A stretch of DNA of 64,000 bases from a virus (IMGVR_UViG_3300031555_002904); one strand, 5' to 3'; positions 12,458-22,967 are shown, counted from the first letter of the stretch. Translations and numbers: made by a program. Notes: generated by a model from the sequence alone, not told the origin.

Positions 12458-12766
12458 ATGACTACTATGAAAATGAGCTACCACGCAAGAGTTGAGCGAC
12501 TGGACCGACTGGTTGCTTGCATGACCCACATCGGCTACAATGAGTTTGCCTACGAAATCCCCGACCCTCGGTCTCCCAGCCACATCTACACCATCACCGA
12601 CACTGGCATTATTCTTGTGCGGGGGGCAGATGATGGAACAGTGGTAACTGGCTACATGGCTACCATCAAGAAGCTGACCGCAATCTTCAACGGCAATGTT
12701 CCTACTGGTCTGAAAAAGGTTGTTGTCCGCAACGAAAAGAAATACGCATTTCTTCTGAAAATGTAA
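12458..12766 (+). CDS. Hypothetical protein
   Basis: RBS, codon style. Confidence 0.7.
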   Translation: MTTMKMSYHARVERLDRLVACMTHIGYNEFAYEIPDPRSPSHIYTITDTGIILVRGADDGTVVTGYMATIKKLTAIFNGNVPTGLKKVVVRNEKKYAFLLKM

Positions 12767-12836
12767 AAAATGGGGGTTGACAAAACCCCCAACCCATGTT
12801 ATAATTAAGGTACAAAAAAGAAAGAGGTACAGAGCA

Positions 12837-13019
12837 ATGACTGAATTTGAAATCATTAAGAAAGCACTGGCAAGAGTAAGAGCAGATGTAGAAATCTACG
12901 ATTTCCCCACATCCAAAAGCATTCACATCCCTGTCGATACTCTGCTTGACCCCAACGCAGAACTGGAACTGGAATTTGATGGCGAAGGCAAGCTGATAAA
13001 TACTTTTGTTTGGGACTAA
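12837..13019 (+). CDS. Hypothetical protein
   Basis: Promoter and RBS. Confidence 0.65.
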   Translation: MTEFEIIKKALARVRADVEIYDFPTSKSIHIPVDTLLDPNAELELEFDGEGKLINTFVWD

Positions 13020-13086
13020 AAAAGTCCTTGACAAATAGTAAATGTTGTGGTATAATACAAGTACAAAGAACAAGGAGTGATTGAAA

Positions 13087-13239
13087 ATGGCTAAGAAGAA
13101 TAAGAAAGTCGACCGCAGAGCCTTCAAGAAAACTGGTGAAGAATTACAGCAATGGCTTATCTTCACTCGCAGAGGTAGCAAAGTCGAAAGCGGTAAGAAG
13201 TACAACCGCCAAAAGTTCAAGAGAGGTGATAAAGAATGA
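13087..13239 (+). CDS. Small basic protein (50 aa)
   Basis: MAKKNKKVDRRAFKK...KKYNRQKFKRGDKE; promoter and AAGGAG RBS. Confidence 0.65.
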   Translation: MAKKNKKVDRRAFKKTGEELQQWLIFTRRGSKVESGKKYNRQKFKRGDKE

Positions 13240-13514
13240 TGAATGAAGTCCGCTATGCAGACCTACTGGATAAACTGGGAGAAATGAGCCAAGCCCAGTT
13301 GGCAGGTCTGCTAACCGCCACAGAAGACCGAATGACAGAACGGCTCGACCGCTTCAAGTATCTGTGCGGACAGGTCAAGATGTATCTCGATGTAATTTTC
13401 GAAGAGTTCCCCAACTCTAAACTGCCATTGACCAAAACCACCGCAGGCGAAATTGATTTAATGGACTACATCGTGCCAAGCGATTTCGTAGAAAAATGTG
13501 AAATTGGGGATTGA
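13236..13514 (+). CDS. Hypothetical protein
   Basis: ATGA overlap with upstream gene. Confidence 0.7.
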   Translation: MMNEVRYADLLDKLGEMSQAQLAGLLTATEDRMTERLDRFKYLCGQVKMYLDVIFEEFPNSKLPLTKTTAGEIDLMDYIVPSDFVEKCEIGD

Positions 13515-13561
13515 CAAATCCCCAATTCTATGCTATAATCAAGGTACAAAAACGAAAGGAA

Positions 13562-13867
13562 ATGATGAAGATGAAAGCAACTGGTATCATTCGTAGAGTG
13601 GATGACCTCGGCAGAGTGGTTATCCCCAAGGAAATCCGCAGAACTCTGAAAATCAAAGAGGGCGACCCCCTTGAGATTTATACCGAAAGGGATGCGGTTG
13701 TGTTCAAGAAGTACGGGGTTGACCTCGTTGGTGAGGCTAACTCCCTTTTGGAGAATGTGGTCTGCTATCTCGACGCAGACGCACCCTGCCGTGATGAAGT
13801 GCGGATGGCACTTGAACGGGTAGTTCTCCTGCTGAAGAAACAGAAGAAGGAGGAAGAACAATGGTGA
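13562..13867 (+). CDS. AbrB/SpoVT-family transcriptional regulator
   Basis: MKATGIIRRVDDLGRVVIPKEIRRTLKIKEGDPLEIY, near-identical to the SpoVT/AbrB N-terminal domain. Confidence 0.9.
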   Translation: MMKMKATGIIRRVDDLGRVVIPKEIRRTLKIKEGDPLEIYTERDAVVFKKYGVDLVGEANSLLENVVCYLDADAPCRDEVRMALERVVLLLKKQKKEEEQW

Positions 13868-14097
13868 AGATACTCGACCAGCGCCAAGAGCGCGGTATCC
13901 GCTTCAGCGAGATAAGTAAGGGGCAGACCTTTTGGTCTCCTACTTACCTCTGCTTCATGCTGAAAATTGAAGAGTGCGGTTGCGATGAGTGCGACGGCTT
14001 TGTAAATGCGGTCAGCCTGTCCGAGGGCAGTATCTACGGCATTGAGCCGACCGAAATCGTTGAGCCGTGTCACGCAGAAATCAAAATCTTCAACTGA
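13861..14097 (+). CDS. Hypothetical protein
   Basis: GGAGG RBS, terminator downstream. Confidence 0.7.
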   Translation: MVKILDQRQERGIRFSEISKGQTFWSPTYLCFMLKIEECGCDECDGFVNAVSLSEGSIYGIEPTEIVEPCHAEIKIFN

Positions 14098-14873
14098 GCG
14101 AGGGGTCAAACCCTCGCTTTTTCTATTGAATTTTCGGCCGCGCGCCCACGATTGTCATGGGCGCGAATTTCCATTATACCACAGCCCCAGCAATTTGTCA
14201 ATAGGCAATTTCAACAAAATAATCATCCCACAAAATCCCGAATTTGTGCAACATTACCAGTTGACTTTGTGTGCGGTCTGTGGTATACTATCATTGTCAA
14301 GAGGGAACGCAAACTGTGGCGCGAATGTAGCGCCCGATTCAGGAGAAGCGGTACCGACAATAACAGAGCGAAAAAAGTTGAAAAAATTTCAATTTCCCTC
14401 TTGACAAATCACCCAAGTTGTGATACAATAAGGGTGTCAAGGGGGAGGGAAACCCCAATCGAGTATCCTCCCCAGTAGCTCCCTCGCGAAAAGGTGAGAA
14501 AAAGTTGGGAAAACCCCTTGACAAATCCCTTAGAGTGTGATACAATAAGGGTACAAAAGGCGAGGGTAAGGCAACCGCGAAGATGGCGGATTCCCACGAG
14601 AGTATGTAAGACCATTACCCGATGACCCGACCGCAAGGTGTTCCTGTTTGCGGTATACAAATGTGAACCAGACCCCACAGGCTGAAAAAATGTTGGGGAT
14701 ACGCAGGATACAAAAGCCACCACCCCTACTGCGGGAGAAGGAAAACTACCCCGGAAAACCACGAGGTTCTCGCCAAGTATCTTCTCGGAAAAATATAAGA
14801 CTTGGCAAAAAAAATGCTTGACAAACAAATCAAGTTGTGCTATAATTAGAGCATCAAAGGAAGCCGAAAGGAA

Positions 14874-15491
14874 ATGATTGAAATGGTACACGCAATTCAC
14901 CCCACCCCCACCCTCACAATGCAGGACTACCGCAATGGAAATGACCTTGTTGGTGCATACAAGAGATACCAGTCAGCCACTAAGAATTGGCAAGGTCGTT
15001 GGTGGAAAGTAGTCGAGGACATTTTCAATGCCTGCACCGCCTGGGCAAAATACTTCATCCTTGACCCCATCAAGCGAGAGCTGAAAAAGTTGGGCAGAGG
15101 TCGCATCCCAAATCCTGCCACTCTTGTCAATCACAATCTGATTTTTAATGTTCCGGCAGAGGGTTGCGGTGCTTACATCGTTCAGCATTTCAACAAGAAA
15201 GGCAAGCACCTGTGGATTAAATGCGGAAAGGCTGACGATGCAATCCGCAGACTAAATCAGCATTTCACAGTTGACTACGCAAACGAAGCTGACAGCGGTG
15301 TGGTGCTTGGTTGGTATCCCTGCAAAAATAAAAATCACGCACTCGCTATGGAAGATGTTATCCGTGACCACTTCGAGAAAAAAGGTCTGACCCTCTTGGG
15401 CAATGACCGCTTCCCCGAACTGCGAGAAATCACCGCAGAAGATGTGGCAGAACTCAACCGCAAGGCTGAAATTTTGGCAACGATTTTCTAA
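14874..15491 (+). CDS. GIY-YIG-like nuclease domain protein
   Basis: GAYIVQ...WIKCGKADDAIRRLNQH...E pattern. Confidence 0.55.
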   Translation: MIEMVHAIHPTPTLTMQDYRNGNDLVGAYKRYQSATKNWQGRWWKVVEDIFNACTAWAKYFILDPIKRELKKLGRGRIPNPATLVNHNLIFNVPAEGCGAYIVQHFNKKGKHLWIKCGKADDAIRRLNQHFTVDYANEADSGVVLGWYPCKNKNHALAMEDVIRDHFEKKGLTLLGNDRFPELREITAEDVAELNRKAEILATIF

Positions 15492-15560
15492 AAATAAGGC
15501 TTGACAAACTCCCAAATCTATGATACAATAACAGTACCAAAAGGAAAGGAACTGAATACT

Positions 15561-15968
15561 ATGGACAGCTTACAAACTATTCTCTACAATGTTTCCGCAG
15601 GTGTGGAACTCTCTCCCTCGCAGGTGCGTGAACTCTCCGCACTGGTTTCCCTCGGCTTCAACACAAGAGGTCGCATCGACAGAGACTACGAACTGCGCTC
15701 CGACATTCTCGCAACAATGCCCCTCGGTGTGCCTCTGCGTGTAAAGGAAATCCAAGCACGCAACGGCAAAGTTGACGACTACTCGGTGCAGAAAGTCGCC
15801 GCCGCACTCAAGGCTCTGGTGTGGGCTGGTGTGGTCGAACGGCAGAAAACCGATGAAGTCGAAAAGGTTACCATTCAGCGGTGGGTTGGTTGGAAGAGGG
15901 GCGTTTCCTCTCCTTACAAGGACGAAGAAATCCTCGTTCCCATCATCAAGTTTGTGCGGATTATCTGA
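15561..15968 (+). CDS. Winged-helix protein
   Basis: SVQKVAAALKALVWAGVVER; resembles the 19612/23432 proteins. Confidence 0.6.
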   Translation: MDSLQTILYNVSAGVELSPSQVRELSALVSLGFNTRGRIDRDYELRSDILATMPLGVPLRVKEIQARNGKVDDYSVQKVAAALKALVWAGVVERQKTDEVEKVTIQRWVGWKRGVSSPYKDEEILVPIIKFVRII

Positions 15969-16026
15969 AAATGGGGGTTGACAAAACCCCCACAATCTGC
16001 TATAATAATGCCAAGAGGTGAGAACA

Positions 16027-16257
16027 ATGAAAACAGCGGCTCAAATCGCCCAAGAGTGGCAAGCGCAGTTGAGAGACCCGCGCATTCGTTGCCCTAACTG
16101 CGGAAGTAGCGCCCAAGCGGAACTGGTATACCTGGACTCAACAAGCAACCACAAAGACAAAACAGACGAATACATTTGCGGGTGCGGGTGTCGGTTTTCG
16201 GCACGCTTTGCACTCATTCAAACCGACATACTGGAAATCGAAGCGCCCTATCATTAG
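16027..16257 (+). CDS. Zn-ribbon protein
   Basis: CPNCG and CGCGC; ends in TAG. Confidence 0.6.
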   Translation: MKTAAQIAQEWQAQLRDPRIRCPNCGSSAQAELVYLDSTSNHKDKTDEYICGCGCRFSARFALIQTDILEIEAPYH

Positions 16258-16432
16258 GGCGCAATTTTCAGCTCAAAATTCGGCGGCGCGCTATCGGTCC
16301 TGGCGCGCCGATTTTCGTCAGAATAACCAACCCCAGGATTTATTTTGGGGAATAATTTGTGCAAATTGATTATTGACAAATCCCATAATGCGTGTTATAA
16401 TTAAGACACAAAGAACAAAGGAGATGCAAACT

Positions 16433-16588
16433 ATGTGGATTTTCGCAGTAATTAGTGCCATTCTTGGCTTAGGATGCATTAGCTATAATCAAGAGAATAA
16501 TGTCAAGCACAACATTCTGCTTGGCTTCGTTGGCTACACCCTTGCGGTGCTTGTACCAGTTGCAATAATTGGCGGATTTTATTTCTAA
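16433..16588 (+). CDS. Small membrane protein
   Basis: Two TM segments, promoter and RBS. Confidence 0.6.
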   Translation: MWIFAVISAILGLGCISYNQENNVKHNILLGFVGYTLAVLVPVAIIGGFYF

Positions 16589-16646
16589 AAACCCCTTGAC
16601 AAATAGTAAATGATGTGCTATAATTAAGGTACAAAAAGGAAAGGAA

Positions 16647-17105
16647 ATGAAAACTATGAAGACTATGAACATCACCATCAACTTCGATATGGACGGAACA
16701 ATCGCTGACCTGTACGCAAACCCCAACTGGTTGCCCCTGCTCCGAGCCTACGACCCCACTCCCTACGCAACGGCAAAGCCTCTGCTCCGCTTGTGCGACC
16801 TCGCCCGCAAGCTGAATACTCTCCAGAGAAACGGCTACCGCATTGCGGTAATCAGCTGGCTCAGCAAGGAAAGCACTGCCGAGTATGATGAAGCCGTTAC
16901 CAATGCAAAACTGGAATGGCTTGCAAAGCACCTGCCGAGCGTCAACTGGGACGAAATCACAATCGTTCCCTATGGCACTCCGAAAGAAAATTTCTGCCAC
17001 AACCCCCTTGACATTCTGTTTGACGATGAAGAACGCAACAGAAACAACTGGACGGGCAGAGCCTATGGAGTTGAAAACATCTTGGAAATTCTCAGAGAAA
17101 TCTGA
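16647..17105 (+). CDS. HAD-family phosphatase (5'-nucleotidase-like)
   Basis: FDMDGT motif I, K..WL, LFDD motif. Confidence 0.85.
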   Translation: MKTMKTMNITINFDMDGTIADLYANPNWLPLLRAYDPTPYATAKPLLRLCDLARKLNTLQRNGYRIAVISWLSKESTAEYDEAVTNAKLEWLAKHLPSVNWDEITIVPYGTPKENFCHNPLDILFDDEERNRNNWTGRAYGVENILEILREI

Positions 17106-17285
17106 GAATTTTTTTTGTGCATTTTGCCTATTGACTTTTGAGCCGAGCGCGCACGGCCCACGCGCTCGGAATTTGGCATAATAAACAACCCAGGCAATTA
17201 TTTTAGGCAAAACTTTGTGCAATATTCACAATTGACATTTCCCGCAATGTGTGATAGAATACTATCAGAAAGTGAGGCGAGAAGA

Positions 17286-17450
17286 ATGCTGAAACGAGGA
17301 ACTAAGTTCCGCATTGCCCCTTACGGTGTGTGCGTGGTGTCCAGTTACGATGATACCAGCGGTAAATACATTATGAGGGTGTGGAACTCAAGCGAAACTT
17401 TTTACGCAAGTGCGGAAGAAATTGAAAAAAAGTGCTTGACAAACCGTTAA
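17286..17450 (+). CDS. Hypothetical protein
   Basis: Promoter and RBS. Confidence 0.55.
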   Translation: MLKRGTKFRIAPYGVCVVSSYDDTSGKYIMRVWNSSETFYASAEEIEKKCLTNR

Positions 17451-17527
17451 ATCTATGATACAATGTACTCACAGTTGAGGGAGCGACGGCAAACCCACAA
17501 CACACTAATGAAACGAGGTAAAGACCA

Positions 17528-18190
17528 ATGAAAACAATGTACGCAACCCTTGATACCGAAACAGTTGGCGGTATCGACCACCCCAAGGGATTTTACAATG
17601 TGGGTGTGGTTATCCACGATAGAGAGGGCAACATCTGTGCGACCACTTCTCTGTTGGTGATGGAGTTCTATGACGAAATCAAGAACGACGACTACGCAAA
17701 GAAGAATTTCCACATCTATGCCGAGCGACTGGCAAGGGGCGAAATCTCCGCAGTTGCCACCGAAGCCGAAGCACTCAACATCGTGCGAAATCTCCTGCGT
17801 TTTTATAATGTCAAGTACATCTGTGCTTACAATTCCGCTTTTGACCTCTGCAAGACCTGTTGCCGTGAGTTGGCTGACGAGTTCCAGTTCATCGACCTTT
17901 GGTTGATGGCATTGCAGACCATTACTCATCAGAAAGGCTATGCCAAGTTCTGTCGAGAGAATGGCTACAAGTCCAAGGGTGGAAAGACTTGTGCCACCTC
18001 TGCCGAAAGTGTGTACGCATACATCAGCGGAAATGGTGAGTACATCGAGGAACACACCGCACTGGCTGACGCACTGATTGAAATGGCAATCTTTGTGCGG
18101 TGTGTCCGCACCCACAAGCACTATACAAAGAATGTGCATTGTTGGGATTGCACCGAGCGAAACAAGGTATTCCCCAAGTGGGCGGTGTAA
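17528..18190 (+). CDS. DEDD 3'-5' exonuclease
   Basis: LDTET, AYNSAFD, HTALAD motifs. Confidence 0.85.
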   Translation: MKTMYATLDTETVGGIDHPKGFYNVGVVIHDREGNICATTSLLVMEFYDEIKNDDYAKKNFHIYAERLARGEISAVATEAEALNIVRNLLRFYNVKYICAYNSAFDLCKTCCRELADEFQFIDLWLMALQTITHQKGYAKFCRENGYKSKGGKTCATSAESVYAYISGNGEYIEEHTALADALIEMAIFVRCVRTHKHYTKNVHCWDCTERNKVFPKWAV

Positions 18191-18287
18191 CAACCGCCCA
18201 ACCCCCAAAAAAAAGTTGAAAAAACCTCTTGACAAACCGCCAAAAGTGTGCTATAATGAGTTCATCAAAGGAAAGGAACTGATAACT

Positions 18288-18779
18288 ATGAAAAACTTCA
18301 ACTACTCTGTCATCATCACTACCGAGGACAACCGCTTCACCTACGAAACGAATGATGTGCGTGAGGCAATCCGAGCCGTGTTTGAGTGCGACTTCGAGGA
18401 CGCTCACATCTGCATTTGCAACGGCTACACGGGCGAGGTTCTGTACCACAATGGTGAAGAGCCGTGGTGTACCGATGAAATGGCACTGATGATGCTCGGC
18501 TTTGTGGTCGAGCAGGCAGGTGCCGAGGAAGAAGAGGACGAGGACAGCAACCTGCCCACCTGCGGAATGTGCGGTGGTGATGTGGTTAATGGGGTCTGTG
18601 AGTTCTGCGGTCGCAAGGTCGAACCCTACACCGAACGCATCCCCTACATTGGTGAGGTAATGGTTGCTCTTGCCAAGCAGATGGCTGACGAGCTGGGGGT
18701 TGAGGTTATCCCCCTGCCCGGCAGGGACTTGGATGTGTCCCCTTGCTTACTCCCCATTCCCAAGGATCTGCCCTCCTAA
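18288..18779 (+). CDS. Hypothetical Zn-ribbon protein
   Basis: CGMCG/CEFCG; promoter and RBS. Confidence 0.7.
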   Translation: MKNFNYSVIITTEDNRFTYETNDVREAIRAVFECDFEDAHICICNGYTGEVLYHNGEEPWCTDEMALMMLGFVVEQAGAEEEEDEDSNLPTCGMCGGDVVNGVCEFCGRKVEPYTERIPYIGEVMVALAKQMADELGVEVIPLPGRDLDVSPCLLPIPKDLPS

Positions 18780-19611
18780 TGGCTCTTGAGGGGTCGAGCC
18801 AATCGACCCCATCCCACTTGAAAATCCGCTTGGTGGTGCTTGCGGATTAGACAATTCATAATCTCCTTTCTGGCGGTCCGCCACTCCAAAATGGGGTGGC
18901 GGATTGTCGGCTTTTTCGGCGACTCGCTCACGGGCGCGCGAGCCGAAATTTTATTATACCACAGACCCCAGCAATTTGTCAATAGGCAAACCGCACAAAT
19001 AAATCAGCGCAAAATCTCCCATAATTGTGCAACATTACCACTTGCATTTTGGCTCAAGATGTGATAGAATACTATTGTCAAGAGGGGACAGCAACTCCCC
19101 ACAGCCGTGAGGTTGAGCCACAGAATGGCGAAAAAAAGTTGAAAAAACCTCTTGACAAACGGCACAAGATGTGCTATAATGAGTATGTCAAGAGGGGACA
19201 GCAACTCCACTCGGTAGGTCGGGTCAAGTTGATGGACAGACCGAAACGAAAAAAAGTTGAAAAAACCTCTTGACAAACCCCACAAAGTGTGGTATAATGA
19301 GTGTGTCAAGAGGGGAACACATCGAGATACTCCCCTATGGATTGGTGGAAACGGAAACACTGCGGATTGAAACCAAGACCCATTGACCAAGTATGTTCGC
19401 CAAAGGGTAGAACGAACGGCAGAATGGTGCGGTAGACTCAGGGCAAGTAAGGACAGAATACAATCCCAATGACGGCATGAGGTCTGTTGTATAATGAAAA
19501 AAGTCCGGAATTTTTTCAGAAAACCTCTTGACAAATTCAACCACTTGTGGTATAATCTAAATGTAATCAAGGACAGGTTCAAGTCCCTAAAACCGAAAGG
19601 AATTGATAACT

Positions 19612-19986
19612 ATGGCTAACACTACCTCTACCCCCAAGCTGACCAAGACTCAGAAGTTCGCTATCATCGCCGAACTGCCCGAGGTCAAGTCCAATCCCAT
19701 GCTGAGCGAGTTCATCGCCCATGAGGTGGAACTGCTCAACAAGAAGAACTCCGCTGAGAAGAAGCCCACCGCTCAGCAGACTGCCAACGAGGGCATCAAG
19801 ACCGCCATTCTGAACGGCATGGAGAGCGGTAAGGCGTACACCGTCACCGAGATCATCAAGTCCGTTCCCGAGTGTGCCGACCTCACCAACCAGCGTGTTT
19901 CCGCTCTGATGCGTCAGATGGTGGAGAGCGGTGCGGTGGTGCGTACCGAGGACAAGCGGAAAGCCTACTTTACCAAGGTAGGCTAA
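19612..19986 (+). CDS. Winged-helix DNA-binding protein (paralog of 23432)
   Basis: YTVTEI...LTNQRVSALMRQMVESGAVVR. Confidence 0.8.
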   Translation: MANTTSTPKLTKTQKFAIIAELPEVKSNPMLSEFIAHEVELLNKKNSAEKKPTAQQTANEGIKTAILNGMESGKAYTVTEIIKSVPECADLTNQRVSALMRQMVESGAVVRTEDKRKAYFTKVG

Positions 19987-20095
19987 GCCGACCGCCCAAG
20001 GGGGAGAGAAATCTCCCCCACCCACCCCGAAAAAAGTGCTTGACAATCGGGGTAAACTGTGCTATACTGTAAGTACAGAAAGGAAGTGAACCCCG

Positions 20096-20449
20096 ATGGA
20101 AGAGAAAATCCAAAAGCTGATGAAGTCGCTGAACATCAGCCGAGAAGAGGCAATCGACCTCATCGAAGAAGATAAGCGAATCGACAGGGGCGAAAAGTTG
20201 TACGAACTTGACCCCGAACTGGAAAAGGGTGCGAAAAAGGCAAGACAAGCCGACCGCAAGAAGTCCGACACTCCCACCAAGAGAGAGCGAAAGCCGAAAC
20301 CCGAAAAGGCTGAAATCTGCTCCGCTATGATGGCAGGACTTGCGGAACTGGGTGTGGCTGATTTCAACATCACCAACCCCGAGCGAGAGTTCCTATTCAC
20401 CCACAACGGCACGAAGTACAAGGTCACCCTTGCGTGCCCCCGTTCCTAA
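20096..20449 (+). CDS. Hypothetical protein (paralog of 23905)
   Basis: SREEA..EDKRIDRGEK shared. Confidence 0.75.
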   Translation: MEEKIQKLMKSLNISREEAIDLIEEDKRIDRGEKLYELDPELEKGAKKARQADRKKSDTPTKRERKPKPEKAEICSAMMAGLAELGVADFNITNPEREFLFTHNGTKYKVTLACPRS

Positions 20450-20785
20450 GGCTCTCTGAGTGGGGTCGAGCCTATCGACCCCCATCCCAGCGGGGCAGAA
20501 AGAAGACTGCCCAACTGCGGCAAGGGGGTTTTACTGTGGTCGTAGAGCCTAGCCAACCGAATCAAACTCCGAAAAAACTCCCCAGTGTTTGACCACGGCA
20601 CTGGGGAGCGGTTTTGTGCATTTTGACGAAAAATTTGGCCGGGCGCTGACGTGCGTGGCGCCCGGAATTTGCATTATTATACATCCCACACAAATTTTTA
20701 TTCAGAAAAAAAGTTTTACAAAACCCCTTGACAAATCCCGAAAGGTGTGCTATAATTTAGATACAAACCAAGGAGGTAATGACCT

Positions 20786-21001
20786 ATGATGAACTGCTTA
20801 ATCAACCAACTCGACCTGCACCTGCATAACTGCAAAAAGTTCGGTGAGAACCACTTCCCCACCGCCCGCACCTACTTCGACCAAGCTTTTGGTATGTTAC
20901 TGATGGCTTGTGCCTACGACCCCAACAACTGTGCCAAGTATGAACAGCTGTGGAACGAAACCTACAAACCTGCTTTTGAAAAAATAGTTTTCAAAATCTA
21001 A
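20786..21001 (+). CDS. Hypothetical protein
   Basis: Promoter and GGAGG RBS. Confidence 0.7.
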   Translation: MMNCLINQLDLHLHNCKKFGENHFPTARTYFDQAFGMLLMACAYDPNNCAKYEQLWNETYKPAFEKIVFKI

Positions 21002-21101
21002 AAAAAGGGGTTGACAAACCCCACAAAGTATGCTATAATGTAATCACGGTTGGGGGAGCGATGGCAAACCCCCAATACAAAAATGAAATGAGGTAACTAC
21101 T

Positions 21102-21545
21102 ATGTATCGTAACACTTTTTCTCACACTGTCCCCACCATGTTCGCACTGGCAAAGGTAACCGAGCAGTTTCTGCAGAGCCTGCCTGCCGAGTTCACCAAG
21201 AAGCAGTTTGACGAACTGCGTAAGAGTTGCAAGGAACATCCGCTGAGCCTGCAGACCTGCCGCGAGTATGGCTTCATCGTTGTAGCTCGCACCGAGCCTG
21301 CCACCTACACCAAGGAAGAGAGTGTGTGGGTTGACTCCAAGGGTCGCAAGTACAACGAAGAGGAAATGGGTCTGTTTGACCGCAGAGCCATCGCCACTCT
21401 GTTTGACCGCCCGGACTTTGTAGACAGATGGGGTTCTATCTACACTCTGCCTTACCACGAAGAGCCTGTGGAACACGCCTGCGAGCGTAACATCTTCCGT
21501 TTCAATGTGGAAAAGTTCAAGCGTTTTCTCGCAGAAAACGCTTGA
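21102..21545 (+). CDS. Hypothetical protein
   Basis: Promoter, structured leader, RBS. Confidence 0.75.
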   Translation: MYRNTFSHTVPTMFALAKVTEQFLQSLPAEFTKKQFDELRKSCKEHPLSLQTCREYGFIVVARTEPATYTKEESVWVDSKGRKYNEEEMGLFDRRAIATLFDRPDFVDRWGSIYTLPYHEEPVEHACERNIFRFNVEKFKRFLAENA

Positions 21546-21602
21546 CAAATCCCCCAAAGTGTGCTATAATCAAAGTACCAAAAGACGAAAGGAAATGATA
21601 CT

Positions 21603-22028
21603 ATGTTAGAAATCCTGCTCTCTGTACTCATTACTTGGATGGTAATGGGTGCCCTCTACACTTGGAAAGAGGAAACCTGCAACAACACTCTGTGGAACAT
21701 TTTGGACTATGCCATCTCTCTGCCGTGGGTGGTGCTGACGGGTATCTTCATCATCATCTGGTATCCGTTTATGCTGATTTGGAAGTTCATCCGCAACGCA
21801 GTCAAGCCAGTAACCCAAGAGGCTTGGGATAGGGTCAAGATTGAGAAGTATTTCAAGATTGGCAACCTCTACATCTGCTACGACCAAAAGGCAAGAGCAT
21901 TTTGCAACAAGCTGTTCCTTGTGCGAATTGCCAAACCGAGAACCGCAATCGCTCACGACCCTGTGTTGATTGTGATTGATGAGCCGAGTGTTCCCGAGGG
22001 TGAGTTCCGCATTGGCAAGGGGGAGTAA
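21603..22028 (+). CDS. Membrane protein
   Basis: Two TM helices. Confidence 0.7.
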   Translation: MLEILLSVLITWMVMGALYTWKEETCNNTLWNILDYAISLPWVVLTGIFIIIWYPFMLIWKFIRNAVKPVTQEAWDRVKIEKYFKIGNLYICYDQKARAFCNKLFLVRIAKPRTAIAHDPVLIVIDEPSVPEGEFRIGKGE

Positions 22029-22219
22029 CATCCCCCACAACCCCCATCCGTGTTCGCGGGTGGGGGACATTTTTTGGCCGGCCCTTCACGTACGCGCGGG
22101 CCGGTTTTTCGGCAAAATAACCAGTTTCAACAATTTTTTGGGTAAATCTTTTGTGTAAATTGACACTTGACATTTCCCGTATTTGTGGTATAATACTAAC
22201 AGAAAGTGAGGTAAATAGA

Positions 22220-22693
22220 ATGAATACAAAACTGCTCTTAGTGTTCGTTGTACTGAACATCGCCAATGTCATCATTCAAACTGTAAAATCTATCGCCACT
22301 GTCAAGTGCGGAAAGGCAACCGCCGCAGTTGTCAATGCAGTTGCCTACGGTCTGTATACTATCGTCACTGTCTATTTGATGTGTGAACTTGACCTTTATC
22401 TCAAAGCAGGTATTGTTGCCTTGTGTAACCTTGTCGGTGTCTATGTGGTAAAACTGATTGAGGAAAAGGCACGAAAGGATAAACTGTGGAAAGTGGAAGC
22501 AACCGTTCCTGCCAAGTACCAAGGTGCGGTGCATTTCGATTTGAAAGACATTCCCCACAACTACATTGAGGGTGTCGGCAACTACACCTTATTCAACTTC
22601 TACTGTGCGACCCAAGCCGAGAGTGCGAAAGTCCGTGACATTATCAATCAGTACGAAGCCAAGTACTTTGTGAGTGAAAGCAAGACCCTGTAA
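22220..22693 (+). CDS. DUF5698/DUF2179-like membrane protein
   Basis: NVIIQTVKSI...A.VNAVAY...NLVGVY three-TM pattern. Confidence 0.65.
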   Translation: MNTKLLLVFVVLNIANVIIQTVKSIATVKCGKATAAVVNAVAYGLYTIVTVYLMCELDLYLKAGIVALCNLVGVYVVKLIEEKARKDKLWKVEATVPAKYQGAVHFDLKDIPHNYIEGVGNYTLFNFYCATQAESAKVRDIINQYEAKYFVSESKTL

Positions 22694-22754
22694 AAAGGGT
22701 CTTGACAAACTCAATAATCTGTGCTATAATAACCACAGAAAGGAAGTGAATGAA

Positions 22755-22967
22755 ATGATGAATTTCTTATTTGAAGATACCATCGATGGTGGTTTCTTCT
22801 TTGTACAGTGCAACAGTGTAGAAGAGGCTTACGAAATCATTTGGGAAGAAATCGCTTGCGAACATTCCGGCTTGGTGATGGGGTGTTCCGATGTTCCCGA
22901 CTGGTACGACTATCTCGGTGAGTACACCGACGCACAAACGGAAGCAATGGGATACGACACATTTTGA
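22755..22967 (+). CDS. Hypothetical acidic protein
   Basis: Promoter, RBS, terminator. Confidence 0.65.
   Translation: MMNFLFEDTIDGGFFFVQCNSVEEAYEIIWEEIACEHSGLVMGCSDVPDWYDYLGEYTDAQTEAMGYDTF

Noticed and set aside
13087-13239. ArfA-like ribosome rescue peptide
   Set aside because: Only basic composition and a KYNR stretch; no KGKGS motif
17473-17505. c-di-GMP-I riboswitch
   Set aside because: GGCAAAC is present but the GNRA/receptor two-stem architecture is absent
19040-19330. CRISPR array
   Set aside because: The repeats are promoters, few and imperfect, with irregular spacing and no cas genes in the window
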